Shown one piece after another: positions 25,497-38,916 of a stretch of 64,000 nt of DNA (positions within the stretch are counted from its first letter, which is position 1; each line of letters opens with the position of its first letter). Origin of the DNA: Lama glama (lineage: Eukaryota); the NCBI GenBank assembly GCA_028534125.1, contig CM052818.1, positions 20,028,001 through 20,092,000 on the forward strand, given 5' to 3'. The notes beneath the pieces are model-generated. The model saw only the letters and a program-made list of their open reading frames with translations. It was not told where the DNA came from and did not search any database. The position numbers and the translations under genes were made by a program.

Positions 25497-27759
25497 TCCA
25501 CCTGGAAATTTTAAATTTGGTGTGAAGTAGCAGCTAAGAATATAATTTTTCCCCCATATGGATATCTCATTGACTTGGTACATTTTTTGAAACGACTGTC
25601 CTTTTCTCATTGCTGTGGAGTGCTCCCTTCATCATGGAGTGCGTGTCCATCTATGAGTCGGTCAGTTTCTGGACTGTCTTTTCTATTTTATTGATCTGTT
25701 TGTCTTTCCTTATACAACACCACACTGTCATCATTTTTGTGACTTTAAAATAAGTTTTGATATCCAGTAGTATAAATCGTCCAACTTTATTCCTCAGTTT
25801 TGTTTTGGATGCTCTTGGTCTTAGCATTTCCACCTAAATTTCAAAATGTTTTTCAGACTACACACACACATTTATACATAAACTAAATTCTGTGTTCTGA
25901 TTGGGACTGTATTTAATTCATAGCTAAATATGAGACAAAGTGAAATCTTAGATATATTTACCTTTCCAATCCAAGAATGTGAGATAGCCCTTAATTTATT
26001 TTAGTATTTTATTTTTCTCAATATTTTTTAAGTGTTATATTTAGCATTTGTGTACATCTTTTAGATCCATTCTCAGATATTTTGTTTTATTGATTTAGTA
26101 TGTGTCATTTAAAATGTAACTCTTCGGTTATTTGTTGATAAATAAAAATAGTTGATTTTTATATATTGTCTTTGAATTTGGTAATCTTGCTAAATTTGCT
26201 AAAAACGTAATGATTTATCTTAAGATTCATTTGCATTTGTATGTACATAATCAGGCAGACAGTAAATAATGGCAGGATTTGGGTTTTTTTCTTTCTAATC
26301 CTCATACTTTTTATTGACTTGTTTATTGTACTGGGTAGGTCCTCTGGTGTCATGTTGAATAGAAGTGATGGGCAGTTGGCATCTTTATCTTGTTTCTCTC
26401 AGGAGGAAAGCTTTTACTGTTAGTGTTGATTGCATAATTGTGAATGATGTTTGTTGTAAGTTTTTAATTAAAACCCTTTATCACACTGAGGAAGTTACTC
26501 TCTATTCCTTGTGTGCTAAGGGTTCTTTTTTTTCCTTAATAATGCATTTCAAATTTTATCAGCTATCTTTCTGAATCTATTGAGTTTTTTCTTCAGTTAG
26601 CATATTAAATTACATTGATCAATAATTCAGTGTTAAATTAGCTTTGTCTTCCTATAAGAAACCCAGCTTGCTCACAATGCATCTTCCTTCCGTATATGGC
26701 CGGGTTTGATTGGGTTATATTCTGTTGAAGGTATTTGAACTGATCTTTGTGAAAGAGACTGGCATCCTGCAAGTTTTCTTTCTTGTTAAATGTTTGTCAG
26801 GCTTTGATATCAAGGGTATGTTGTCCTCATAAAGGAGTTTAAAGTGTTTCCTCTGTTCGCTAAACGTGTTTGAGAAAGAGCGATCTTTCTCAAATATCTG
26901 GGGGGATTGAATGGTGGAACTGAAGTTTTCTTCGTGGGAAAGTTTTATTTAAGGATTCAGTTTCCTTTAATAAGTATGGAACTTTTCATATTTTCTATTC
27001 CTTCTTGTGTCAGTAATTTTGAAAGAAGCTAATCTATTTCATCTAGTTTAATGACAAAGTTTTTTCTAATATTCTTTTATAATGTTTAATTTTATTTTCT
27101 GATATCAGAGTTAATATCTACTATCCCATTTTCCTGATACATCTTGCTAGATGTTTATAAATCTTATTAATCTTTTCAAAGATTAATAAAACGTTTGCTC
27201 TGTTGATTTTCTATATTTTACATTTGTTTTCTCTTTCTTTCTTTCATGCTTATTATTTCCTTATTTCTTTTTTCTTTTAGGTTTAATTTGCTGTTTGTTT
27301 TCTAAATTCTTAACGCAAATACTTAAATCATTAGTTTTCATAGCTTCTTTTCTAATATAATCATTTAAGGCTGTACATTTCCCTTTCATCATGACTTTAA
27401 CTGAATCTCAGAAGCTTTGATATATTACTTTAATTAATACTTTGAATATGTTCTAATTTCCAATGTGATTTTTTTTTGACCCATGGGTAATTCAGAAGCA
27501 TACTGTTTAAAATTCAACATGTGATTATTAAACTTGCGCTTGGTTACTGATTTCTAGTTTAATTTCTCTGTGGTCAGGAATATACTCTGAGTCATTTTAA
27601 AACTTTGAAATGTGTTAAGGCTTGTTTAGTACTAATTCTGTGACCTCTAGCACCTGGCCAATTTTAGTAAATTCCCAGTTGTTGGGCACAGGGTTCTGCA
27701 TATGTCGATTAGGTCTTATTTCTTAACTGTATACTCCAATCTTTTATATTCTTATATAC

Positions 27760-28700
27760 TTTATTTTTTATTGAGCTATAATTTACATGCCATAATATTT
27801 ACCATTTTAAAGTGTACAATTCAGTGGTTTTCAGTATATTAACAAAATTGTGCAACCATCACCACTATGTAATTTCAGAACATTTCATCACCCTAAAAAG
27901 AAACTTTCCCCATTCCCCCAGCCCTTGGCAACCACTAATTTACTTTCTGTATCTCCATAGACATTCTAGTCATTTCATATAAGTGGGATCATAGAATACG
28001 TGGTATTTTGGGTTTGGCACCTTTTGCTCACCATGGTGTTTTCACGCTGTAGCATATTATCAGTACTTCATGACTGTATATGGCTGAAACATAGTGCATT
28101 ATATAGATATACCACATCTTGTTTATACATTCATCAGCTGATGGGCATTTGGGTTGTTTCCACTTTTTGGCTTTTATGAATAATGCTGCTGTAAACATTT
28201 GTGTATAAGTTTTTGTGTGAACATATGTTTTCAGTTCTCTTGGGTATATACCTAAGAGTGGAATTGCAGGGTCATATAATAATTCTATATTTTGAGGAAC
28301 TTCCAGATTGTTTTGCAAAGAGCTGTAAAATTTTACATTCCCACCAGAAATGTATGAAGGGGACAACTCCTCCACATCTTCACCAGCACTTATTATTCTG
28401 TCTTTTAGATTTTAGCCATCCTAGTGGTGTGTAAAGTGGCCTCTCATTGTGGTTTTGACTTGCATTTCCCTAATGACTAGAGACCTTGAGCATCTTTTTA
28501 TACATTTATAGACCACGTGTATATCTTCTTTGGAGTAATGGCTAAAATCTTCTGCTCATTTTTAATTGAGTTATTTTTTTTTAATTGTTGAATTGTAAAT
28601 ATCCTTTATATATGCTCAGATTAGTCCCTTATCAAATATATAATTTGCAAGTATTTTCTCCCATTTTGTGGGTCATCTTTTCACTTCCTTGACCCTTTTT
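27760..28700 (-). mobile_element. Nested LINE-1 3' end (L1MB-like)
   Basis: ORF 28028-28375: ELLYDPAIPLLGIYPRELKTYVHTKTYTQMFTAALFIKAKKWKQPKCPS, the L1 ORF2 C-terminus. Confidence 0.9.
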
Positions 28701-29579
28701 TACTTTTTTCCTGTTCGTTATATCGGTCATTGAGAGAGGTGTGTTAAAATTTCCATTATGATAGGTTTTTCTACTTTTTCTTGTAGTGGTATCCATTTCT
28801 GAGGCTTAGTAGGTGCATACAAATGTAGAAGTATCTTTCTGTTGCATTGACACTTTTATTATTATGAAATGTCCCTCTCTATTTTAGTAATGCTTCTTCC
28901 TTAAAGTCTTCCTAGCTGATATTGGTATGGTACACCAGCTTTTTTTGTTTAGTGTTTGTCCTTTTTTTTTGTCCTTTTACATCCTCCTATCTGTATTCTT
29001 TTTTAGAAGTCACATTCCTCTAAGCAGGTGATATTTATTTTTAAAATCCAGTCTGATGTTTTTAATTGAAATACTTAATCTATTTATATTTTATGTAATT
29101 ACTGATATATTTAGATTGAAATCTAGCATCTTATTTGTTTTCTATCAGTCCCACTTATCCTATGTTCACTTTTTTGTCCTTGTTTTGGTCTTCTTTTGGA
29201 ATAATCACATTTTTTAAAACGATTCCATTTCCCTGCTCTATCAACCTGTGAGTTACACAATGTTTTATAGTTCTAGTGATTGCCCTCATAATTAAAACAT
29301 GCATCCTTGATTTATTAAAGTCTAATATAAATTAGTACATTTACCACTCCCTCCTAGACAATGTAGAGACTAAAAATCATTTAACCCCATTTACCCCTTC
29401 CACTTTTTCTACTATTGCTTTCCTGTACATTCATTCCACATTTACTTAAAACCCCACAATATATTATCATTGTTATTATTTAACAGTCAGTATTCACTTA
29501 GATTTACTCATTTATCTTTTTCTTTGCTTTTCGCTTCCTCCTGCATTTCTTTTTTTTTTTCCTGGCATCATTTTTTTTC

Positions 29580-30060
29580 TATTAAATAAATTTTTAAAAA
29601 TTGTTTTAGGCTTACAGAAAAATTGCAGTGGTAGTACAGAGGATTACCATTTACCCTGTAGCCACTTTCCCCTATTATTAACATCTTACATTAGTATTAT
29701 GTATTTCTTACAATTAATGAATTAATACTGATGCATCAGTATTAACTATAAAGTACATACTTTATTCAAATTCCCTTAGTTTTTACCTAATGGGCTTCTT
29801 TTCCATCCAAGAAACCACATTGTATTTAATTGTCTCATCTCCTTAGGCTCCTCTGGGCTGTGACAGTGTCTGAAGTTTACTTGTGTTTGATGACCTTGCC
29901 AGTTTTGAGCAATAGTGGTGAGGTATTTTGTAGACTGTCCTTCAGTTGGTATTTGTCTGATGTTTTTATGTGATTAGACTGGTGTTACAGGTTCTTGAGA
30001 AGAACCACAGAGGTAAAGTGTTATTTTTATGCTATCATGTCGAGGGCACCTACAATTAAC
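29580..30060 (-). mobile_element. LINE-1 3'UTR (L1MC/L1MD-like)
   Basis: ttttaggcttacagaaaaattgcagtggtagtacagag...ttcccctattattaacatcttacattagta...gatgaccttgccagttttgag. Confidence 0.7.
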
Positions 30061-32374
30061 AAGCCCCTCAAAATCTGGCTCTGCCCCCAAGGCAGGTAAC
30101 TATTCCTGCTGATCATTCCAAGAAGTGAGCACATGTCCCTGAGACAGGATGAGAAAGGAGTTGTTGCCTGGATGTTTCCTCAAGGAGGCGCAAGGTGTGA
30201 GCTTCCTTTAAAGACATGCCTTTTCTTTACAACATAGTCCTGAGATGTAAGCCAGCTATTTCGTCTGGGGCTCATCCAGAGAAACCACAACTGTTCTGAC
30301 ACTGGGGGAAAAACTGGCTGTGCTGGGTGGAGAGACAGGGTGCTGGTTTCCGCCACAGTCACACCTTCCGTAGGGGTTCTTAAGGGTAATTTTGACACAG
30401 GTGGGTTTTGCTTTACTCACTGACTTCAGATGTGGCTCTACAGTATCTCCCAAAGAGTAGCAGTAATTCTTAGAGACCATGCACTATAAATCCATATTAA
30501 GGAAAAATACTTTCAAGTTTTAAATTGACATAATTTGCACTTTTGCCCAGACAGGAGATAACACTCAAGGGGCAAGGTCGGTGTCCCTCTGCCCATCCTG
30601 GGTTCCGTGGGGCCGTCTGTGCCTGACGGTCAGCCTTTATCTACACAAAGGCCTGAACAAAGATGTGAAAGTGTAGTTTGTCTTTGCCAGATCCCCTTCA
30701 ATGGCATTATCCTCCACATGGCTTTCTTGGGTGATAGGAGTAAAGATACTCTTTCCTGTTACGCTGAGCAAGCAAACACCGACATACCAGGGGAGGAGTG
30801 AGGTTTGCCCTTGAGTTTACTTACATTGAGCTGAGCTCTGTTTTCTCAACCTCCAGGCCTAGTTCTATCCTGTGGGCCACCCAGAAAAACTCTACACACT
30901 GTGCTTCTCCAGATACTTGAAGGTGGCTTTCGAGCTCCCCCAGATATTATTTCCTCCAGGACAAAGTGTCTCAGCCTCTCCAGTCAGTTGCGCTGTGGCT
31001 ACGAGTCCCATCACCATGTTAGTCATGCTGTTTTGTACAAATTCCTGTTTAACTGTATCTCTTTCAGAGAACAGTGCCCAGAGTGGGCAGAACATGTTGG
31101 GGTTGCTGCCTAGCCCATGGTATTGTAGAACTGTCAAGTCCAAGGGCCTCAGCACAAGCCAGCAAGGTTGGTGCCTGCCCTCTGGGTCCCCAGAATGTGG
31201 GGTAGTGGGAGTACCCCACCCTCACAGCAGAGGCTGCCTGGGCAGCACAGCGGCTGCTCCACATTGTCAGCAGCAGAGGGAACAGACGCACATGCCCTGG
31301 GTTTCCCACACCCGTCGGGCCAACCTGCCCCAGTCTGAGTCACGTCTCTCATCCAGATTTGAATCTTCAGTTGGAGCCCTGCCTTGGCCTTTAAGCAAGG
31401 CCCCCAGAACAATGTCAGTGTTCATGCCCAGCTGCCCTCGCCTCAGCCAGGCTAATGAGGACGAGAAAACATCCCTTTGTTTCAGACCAGTGGGTCCTCC
31501 AACCACACTTTCTTCCTTTGTTCCTGCCGGTGCACAGGGTTTAAAACCAAGATCCCAAATGGCTCCCCCTCGCCACCCTCCCACCTGCCCCAGGAAGCTA
31601 CAAGCCCACCTTACGGTCAGTGAGTGCACTCAGACGACAGTGCCCAGGTGCTGCAGGATATGAGGAAGGCCTAGAAAGTTCCATGGACATGGCGGAGAAG
31701 CTGTTGTGCCTCCCTGCCATGCCATGGCCTCCTGTCCCCAGCTTTCTGACTTGAACCTCTAAGAGACCCTCAGGGTGATAGACCACCTTTCGCTCTCTTC
31801 TCCTCAGTCACCAGTGGCAGACCAAGGCTTCCAGGCCATCTGTCACTGCCAGGCCCTTGTCCCTGGACAGTCCTGCACATCCATCATTCTCTCCCATCTC
31901 CCACCCTCCGATCCCTCCATGCAGCCTCTGGAACTCTGACGCCAGCCACTTCCTAGGTACCTGTCTCTTCTCTGAACGTGCCTTCACCTTCCCCTTTAAC
32001 TGGAGTCGGGCTCTCTCCTACCAGCCCTGCCCGCACAGCCCGCAGGAGGAGGCTGGTTTCTCGCTCCTACAGGCAGGTATCAGGCAGGGCCTGGAGGTGG
32101 CGGGGCTCCTCCTAGCTTCACGATTCTGCTTCCAAACCGCTTCCCCTCCCTTTTCCTTCCCACTCATGTCGCTGGACTCTTGCTTCTCGTAACGCTGTCC
32201 ACCTCGGCCTCTGGTCACTCCTCCTGAGGTGATTTCAGCTCCCCGCTCATGTCTCTCCTTCATTTCTACGCTCTGTGTCACTGTCACACCCACCACGTCA
32301 ACCCTGACAACACCCTGACTCCCTATTTCCTCAGACCTTCTCTGTGTTATTTTAGCTTCCTCAGAAATTGCAAT

Positions 32375-32960
32375 TTTTGCTTTTATTTTTAAAAGTTTTA
32401 AATTTACATGCAGTGAAATTCTTTAAATTTACATCCAGTGAAAGTCTGGTGTTCGGTTCTGTGATTTTTGCACATGCAGAGAGTCTGGAAACCACCACCA
32501 GACAGGACACAGAACAATTCCAGTACTCCCAGGGTGCCCCCGGGCTTTGTATTCAAACTTCCCCCACCTCGACCCCCTGCTGGCAACCAATAATCTGTTC
32601 TCTGCTCCATGCTTTTTGCCTTTTCCAGAATGTCACATACATGGAATTACTTAGAATGAACCTTTTGATACTGGCTTCTTTCACTCAACACGTACCTTTT
32701 GCAGTTCATCCATGTTGCTACCATGTGTCACTTTTGATTGCTGAGTTGTCCTCCGTTGTATGGATGAATTATAGTTTTTTTTTTTAAATCCATACCTCTG
32801 CTGAAGGATATTTGGATTGTTCCCAGTTCTTGGTGATTACAAATAATGCTGCTATAAACATTTGTAGGCAGATTTTGTGTGAACTTAAATGTTTTACATC
32901 TTTAAGATTAATATCTAGGCGCGGTATTGTTGGGTCATACGCAAGTTTATATGACATCTC
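32375..32960 (-). mobile_element. LINE-1 3' end (old L1M)
   Basis: ctggcaaccaataatctgttctct...ttttccagaatgtcacatacatggaat...gtgattacaaataatgctgctataaacattt. Confidence 0.75.
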
Positions 32961-33719
32961 TGTTTTAAGTTTCCTCTCCTCCCCATGACTGTCTGCTTGG
33001 TTCTCTTTCTCTGTTCCTCACTCTGACACCTCTTTGACATCATTCAGATCTCTAATTCACTGAGCCTGCCTTTTTACATTGGCCATCAGCCTCTTCATCT
33101 TTTTTCTTTCTTTCTCACACGACTTGGTTTTCATGGTCCATCATAATAGGGATTCCCTCAGAAACATGCCTAACTCTCTCTAACATACCATCCCAGCTGA
33201 ACCCCCCAACCTGGGAAACTGTCACCCATTCTGCCTTCATTAAGCAGAAAAATATGTTTGGAGAAAAACATACAACTGTGCCAATGGGTCAGTTTATGAC
33301 CAAAATCTCATTTGAGCATCCAGTAACAAACATCAGTCTGACCTCCTAAAATAACACTTCTCCTTCCTCAAAACTCTGACAGCCTCTCCCTTTCTCTCAG
33401 CTGATGGTCTTGCCTCTAATGTCACTGAGAAAAATAGAAACCATTAGATTAGAGGTTGTTCATTATCCTCCCACAACCAGTTGCACCTGGAAGACTGCAT
33501 CTTTACTCCAGTGTCTGCCCCCCTCCTATAAAGCGATGGACTTTCCATGCTTTTATCCAGGGCCAAGCCCTTCATGGTGTGCTGGACCTCATTCGTGCTC
33601 ATCCCACCTTCTGAATGACATTTTCCTCCGATAATCCCTTCTCTTTCCTGCCGTCATCAATTTCTCCCTCTGCCATCACCATACAAACATTCCCTAATAC
33701 AGCTCATCTCCAAAAATAA

Positions 33720-34310
33720 TTTTCCCTAAACAATCAGTAATTTACAGTGGAGAAACCTGATAGAGCTTACCTCCACCAAATAATTAAGATGAACATCAAC
33801 AGCCATAAGTCACATGGATAGTATGTACCCTCAATGTGAAGGGATGGCAGTGACATTTGACCTCTGTGGTCTTCCTCCCCAAAACCCATAGTCTCTGTCT
33901 AACCATGAGAAAAACGTCAGACAAATCCAAACTGATGGATGCTGTTCTATAAGAATATCTGACCAACATTCCTCAAAACTGTCAAGGTTGTCAACGGTGT
34001 GGAAAGTCTGAATAACTATTATAATGGACCATGAAAACTCTGACCATCTAGGGTACCTAACGATATATGACAATTCAACATAATGTGGTATCTTGGATGG
34101 GATCCTGGAACAGAAAAAAAATTAGGTAAAAACTAAAGTCTGACTAAATTACAGACGTTAGATAATAAAAACATACTAGTATTGGTTCCTTAGTTATGAC
34201 ATAGGTACCAAAGTGAAGTCAGCTATAGAGGAAACTGGGTGCAGAAAGTCTCTATAATATTCTTGAAACTTTTCTGTAAATCTAAAATTATTCTAAAAAA
34301 ATTCATTAAT
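33720..34310 (+). mobile_element. LINE-1 3'UTR (L1MC/L1MD-like)
   Basis: acagtggagaaacctga...cctctgtggtcttcctccccaaaacccatag...tggatgggatcctggaacagaaaaa...ttttctgtaaatctaaaattattctaaaa. Confidence 0.75.
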
Positions 34311-34385
34311 TTTTTTTTAAACTTCCCTAACCCCTTCCTCCAGCTCCATTCCATTCCTCTGCTTCCCTTCGTAGGGAAAGTTCTT

Positions 34386-35126
34386 TTTTTTTTTTTTGTA
34401 TATATACTTTATTGAAGTATAGTCAGTTTACAATGTTGTAAATTTCTGGCATATAGCACAGTGTTTCAGTCATACATGAACATACATATATTCCATTTTC
34501 GTATTTTTTCACCATAAGTTACTACAAGATGTCAACTATAGTTCCCTGTGCTAATAGAGCATGAACTTGTTGTTTATCCCTTCTATACATATTAGTTAGT
34601 ATCTGCAAATCTCTAACTCCCAATTTATCCCCTCCTATCCCCATGCCCGTAATCGCAAGTTTGTTTTCTATGTCTGAGAGTCTTTTTCTGTTTTGCAAAT
34701 AAGTTCATTTGTCTTTTTTTTTTTTAAGATTCTCCATATAAGTGATATCATAAGGTTTTTTTTTTCTCTTTCTGGCTTATTTCACTTAGAATGACAGTCT
34801 CGAGGTCCATCCATGTTGCTTCAAATGGCATTATTATTTTTTATGGCTGAGTAGTATTTCATTGTATAAATATATCACAACTTTATCCAGTCATCAGTCG
34901 ATGGACATTCAGGTTGTTTTCATGTCTTGGCTGTTGTAAACAGTGCTACTATGAACATTAAGGTTCTGGCGTCTTTTTGAATTAAGATTCCCTCCGGGTA
35001 TATGCCCAGGAGTGGGACTGCTGAATCACGTGGTAAGTCTATTTTTAGTCTTTAAAGGAATTTCTGTACTGTTTTCCATAAGGGCTGCACCAAACTACGT
35101 TCCTACCAGCAGTGTAGGAGGCTCCA
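34386..35126 (-). mobile_element. Relatively young 5'-truncated LINE-1 with perfect TSD
   Basis: Poly-T tail, then antisense 3'UTR and ORF2 end. TSD tagggaaagttctt at 34372-34385 and 35127-35140; the target reads TTCTT/GA, like an L1 endonuclease site. Confidence 0.92.
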
Positions 35127-35589
35127 TAGGGAAAGTTCTTGAACGAGTTGTGTGTTGCTGTGGTCTCCATGCTTTTGCCCCTGCCAGCTCATTCCTCCAT
35201 CCACTCCCTTCAAGCTCCTGTCCTTAGCTCTCCACCAAAATTGCTCTTGTCAAGGTCAATGATGATCTCCATGTTGCTAAACCCCAGAGCCAATTTTTCC
35301 TCCTTATTTTACCTGGGCTTTTCAGTCTAGTATTCCTGCTTCCTGAAACACCCTCTGGTCTCAGCTTTCGGGATACTTTTCGGGAAATCCTGGGTTTTTC
35401 CTACTGATTGCTGCTCCCACTCAGCCTCTTTGCTAGCTCCTCTCTCTGACGTCTACCAGCACTGGCTCTGGGCTCTATCTCAAGGCTCTACTGTTTTGCT
35501 CTTATCTCATAGGTATATTTCATCCAGTCTCATGGGGTTAATTAAGTAGAGTTTACCTACTCCAGCCTCAACCCTCCGACGTAGGGACT

Positions 35590-35720
35590 GTTACCACGTT
35601 CCCTTCACGGGAAAGCGGGCAGCCTGTCCAGCATGAAGGGGCTGCCCCACGATTACACAGCCAGAAGCAGCAGTGCCAGGATTTGAACCCAGGTCTGTCT
35701 GACTCCAGGCCTGTGCTGCA
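35590..35720 (-). mobile_element. MIR SINE
   Basis: gccaggatttgaacccaggtctgtctgactccaggcctgtgct. Confidence 0.7.
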
Positions 35721-36619
35721 AGGGGCCAAGCTGCTCCCCTGCCCTCTCCCTCCACTCCAGCTCCCTGTCCTGTGCTGCTCATTCTGGCTTCATGCCTTTG
35801 TCCCCCTCATCCATGTCTCCTAGAATGACCTCCCCCAACTGCCCTCTGCAATCCTCTCCTCTCCCAGGTCTGGGTGGGTGGGTGTGGGGGGATTCTCCAC
35901 TCCTGAGGCTCAGGCTGATCTGTCCTGGCCCTCTCTGGACAGCCACAGGACCTGCAGTCTGCCCTAGAGTAACTGAGGGCCTATTTGCATCTATAAGGTT
36001 CAGGCTTTCTGAACCCAAGATGGGGGTCCTTGGCCAAGTACAAGCACACCCTGGGGGACATTGGAGCACGATATCTGAGACAGGGAGTGGCTGGGAAGAC
36101 ATGGGCCAGGGCCTCTGTCATCACACACCAGCCCATACGCGGCTCTGAGTTATCCGGGATGGCTTCAATTTTGTTTCCTCTACTAGCTGGTAAACTCTTA
36201 GAGAGAGACCATGACTTCACCGAGGAAGTATTGCTAAAAGAAAGAAAAAGAGCGAGAGAAAGTGTGTGTGTATGAGAAAGAGAGGGGTATGGAGGTAGAG
36301 GAGAACTGCAAAACCCTTTTCTCCTGGGGCCCAGGAGGCCAAGAAAACGTCAGTCTAGGAGGGAAGGAGTTGGTGTGGTTTCCTCAAGGTCACAGAGAGG
36401 CCAAGCAGTTCCCACAGGAGCCACTGAGTTCAAAGGGATATTTTGAAGAACTGGGTGATGTGATCATGATCGTTTTAGGAGAACTGAAAGTGCCCTGAGG
36501 GAGGAGCCCTGTGCGCGGCGGGGGCGGCCTGGGCACGGCCAAGCGAGTGAGAGCTGACGTCACGGGCAAAGGACCCCCTGGGCTGGGACACGGCCCCTTT
36601 CACGTCTGGCGAGTTTGGC

Positions 36620-36800
36620 CTCGGTGCCAGTGACGCTGGCCTGGGTTCTGTCCCCAGCCCTGCCTCTCACTCATGGTGCGACTGCCGGCAAGTCCACTTT
36701 GTCTCCCTGGGCCTCAGTCTCCTCTTCTCTAAAATGAAGATGTTGAGAAAAATAAATGATGGGGTTGGGCTACGTCCTTTCTAGGCTCATTTCAGCACCC
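36620..36800 (+). mobile_element. MIR SINE
   Basis: ggcctgggttctgtccccagccctgcctctcact...ggcaagtccactttgtctccctgggcctcagtctcctcttctctaaaatgaag. Confidence 0.7.
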
Positions 36801-38910
36801 CAAGTCGGTCTGGGAAAATGCACTGTCTTAGTGGGGCCACCCCTGCCTCAAGAAAGAGCGAGCAGGGTAACCTGGTCACTCTTAGGTGGCCTTCTGATAA
36901 AAGTTCCTTTTCACAAAAAGCAAAGGATGGATAGGGGCCCAGGAGAGCAGGGCTGTGGATAGTTGAATCTTTTGTGTTGTGAAGGAAATAGGCTGGCATT
37001 GTATCTCCAGTAAAACCCCCAGTTCATCCCCCAACTCCAATTTGAAATGTGCGTCAGAGACCATGCTTTGGGAGAGGGTACATTTTGCTCTGCATGGATC
37101 AGATGGAGCCAGGGCCGGCCCTTCTCCACCAGCTGGGGCTTCTTCCCTCCTCAGCTCCGGGTCTGGGAGTCCCCACCCCCACAAAGAGAGTCTCCTCATC
37201 TGGAGGCTGCCAACCCAGGTAAGCGCTGGGAAGGTGCCACACCCACTCCTGGGGGTCTGCCCGCCTGGAGGGGGACACATCTAGAGTCAGGAGGAACTCC
37301 AGTGGCTGGATTACTGTTTATTTCTATACAGGGGCCCTATCTCTGCCCCTGCACACCTGGCCATATGGGCACAGACCTACTCCTAAGCCACGTGCATTTT
37401 GAAAAGTGAAATATGAAATTAGGAGCATTTACTCAGAGCCTTCACTGGATCACTCGAGACAAAACATAAAGGCAGCAGGGATGGCTTGTGTGGGGCCCAT
37501 GTCTTGCACTTGAGTGCTCTGGAGAAGCTGAGTTCCTCTAATTCATCAGGGACAATGGCCTTGGTGTGCTGCCCTCCAGTTTGTTGGGCTTGGACGCAAG
37601 AGGAGCTGGGACCACCCTGCACCCCCAAGGGCTGGAGGACACAGTCACAGCCTTTGAGTGGTTAAGGCACCCTGTAGACCCACAGGGCGCTGAAGTCGCT
37701 GGGGGATCAGGAGAGCGTCCACCCACATCTGAGACCTGAACTTACCAATGCTCTGAGGCAGCTCTGCTCCTGAAGGATGGGCTGGGACGTGTTGTTCACG
37801 GAAGAGCTTCAGGAAAAAACAGGTGACGTTTTCAGGACGCCCAAGATGGCGGGCAGAGCCCAGAAAATCCAACCTGAAGGTCCAGTCACCACGTTTGGGA
37901 AGAAAAGAGATGGGAAGAGATGGCAAAGAACCAGAAGGCAGTCTAAAGGCTACAGTAATAAAGACAGGAATGAAAACAGCCCTACCGCACAGTCCACCTC
38001 CCAGCAGGCACCGTCCGTGTGAGAGGAGGCAGCACAGCCCAGGCTGGGGTTACGTTTCTTTCCTCCGTTAGCCGGCTGTGGCTTCCCTGAGCCCCTTGGC
38101 ATGCTCCTCTGTGCAATGGGTGCTCCTGGGACTGCTCGGCTGAGGACCGACGGAGCTAACAAGGTAACATGTGGGCCCACCCTCTGGGGACTGAACTGTC
38201 AGGGGAACCAAGTGCGTGATGCTGGGACGCTGGTCCTAGGACTGACAGCTGTGAGCGGAGGCTGCTGCTGGGTCCCTCCCCAGCCCCCCGGATCCCCCCA
38301 TGCACACAGCGCCTGCTCACAAGCAGGCATGATTTGGAACAGTAGAATCTGAACTAGGAACCCATCATGCCCATGTCTGGTGCGGGTTATCGCCGTGCTC
38401 TGTCTCTGTCCGGGGTTATCTCTGCCCGTCCCGTGCACATTCTACCCAGGAAGGGCCCGCGTGAGCCCCGCCACCTCCACCCTGAAGTCCCCTCGGAGCC
38501 CCAGGGCCCAGGCTGCCCCTTTCCCTCAGAACCTTCATCCCGAAGTGCACAGTGCGAGCACACAGAGCTAGCACAGCTCTCAAACCATTTCCCGCAGTTT
38601 TCTGAAGGCAGGGACCATGACGTCTTTCCTTGGGTCCCCTGCAGAATTCAGAGAAAGGGCCCTGGGGCAGGCAGCAGAATGCATGCAGAAATATGGCTGA
38701 TGCAACGTGGCTTCCCAGTCCCCGTGGCCAAGTATTACTATTCATCTTTTCTTCCTTCATCCCGCTTCCTGTCAGCTGGTCTCAGTTGCCTCACAAAGAC
38801 CAGTGTTTGTTTTCTGTAAACTATTTAATAAGTACTTCGCTTTACATGGGTGTAGCCCATGATAAACCCACAGGAAACAAAAGCCACCAGCAGTGGTAGG
38901 ATCAGAATAC

Positions 38911-38916
38911 TTTAAT
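38911..38916 (-). terminator. EPAS1: Poly(A) signal ATTAAA of EPAS1
   Basis: ATTAAA on the minus strand, ~15 nt before the presumed cleavage site, followed by a GU-rich tract (GGTGGCTTTTGTTTCCTGTGGG). Confidence 0.8.

Larger units (their letters stand above)
23750..29570 (-). mobile_element. Very old LINE-1 (L1ME-like) block with nested younger L1s
   Basis: Continuous antisense L1 texture. ORF 25651-25833 (NKVGRFILLDIKTYFKVT...TVW) is decayed ORF2. Confidence 0.75.
32960..35580. mobile_element. L2 block interrupted by two L1 insertions
   Basis: C/T-rich L2-like segments at ~32960-33720, ~34320-34380 and ~35140-35580 (e.g. ccaaaattgctcttgtcaaggtcaatgatgatctccatgttgctaaacccc). Confidence 0.6.

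Noticed and set aside
30872..31663. 263-aa plus-strand ORF, the longest in the track
   Set aside because: No recognisable domain, low-complexity S/P/C composition and overlapping ORFs in several frames. Consistent with a chance ORF in GC-rich DNA.
1..38800. TMEM247 or another downstream neighbour of EPAS1
   Set aside because: No ORF or exon resembling TMEM247 or ATP6V1E2 was found. In human these lie further downstream than this window reaches.
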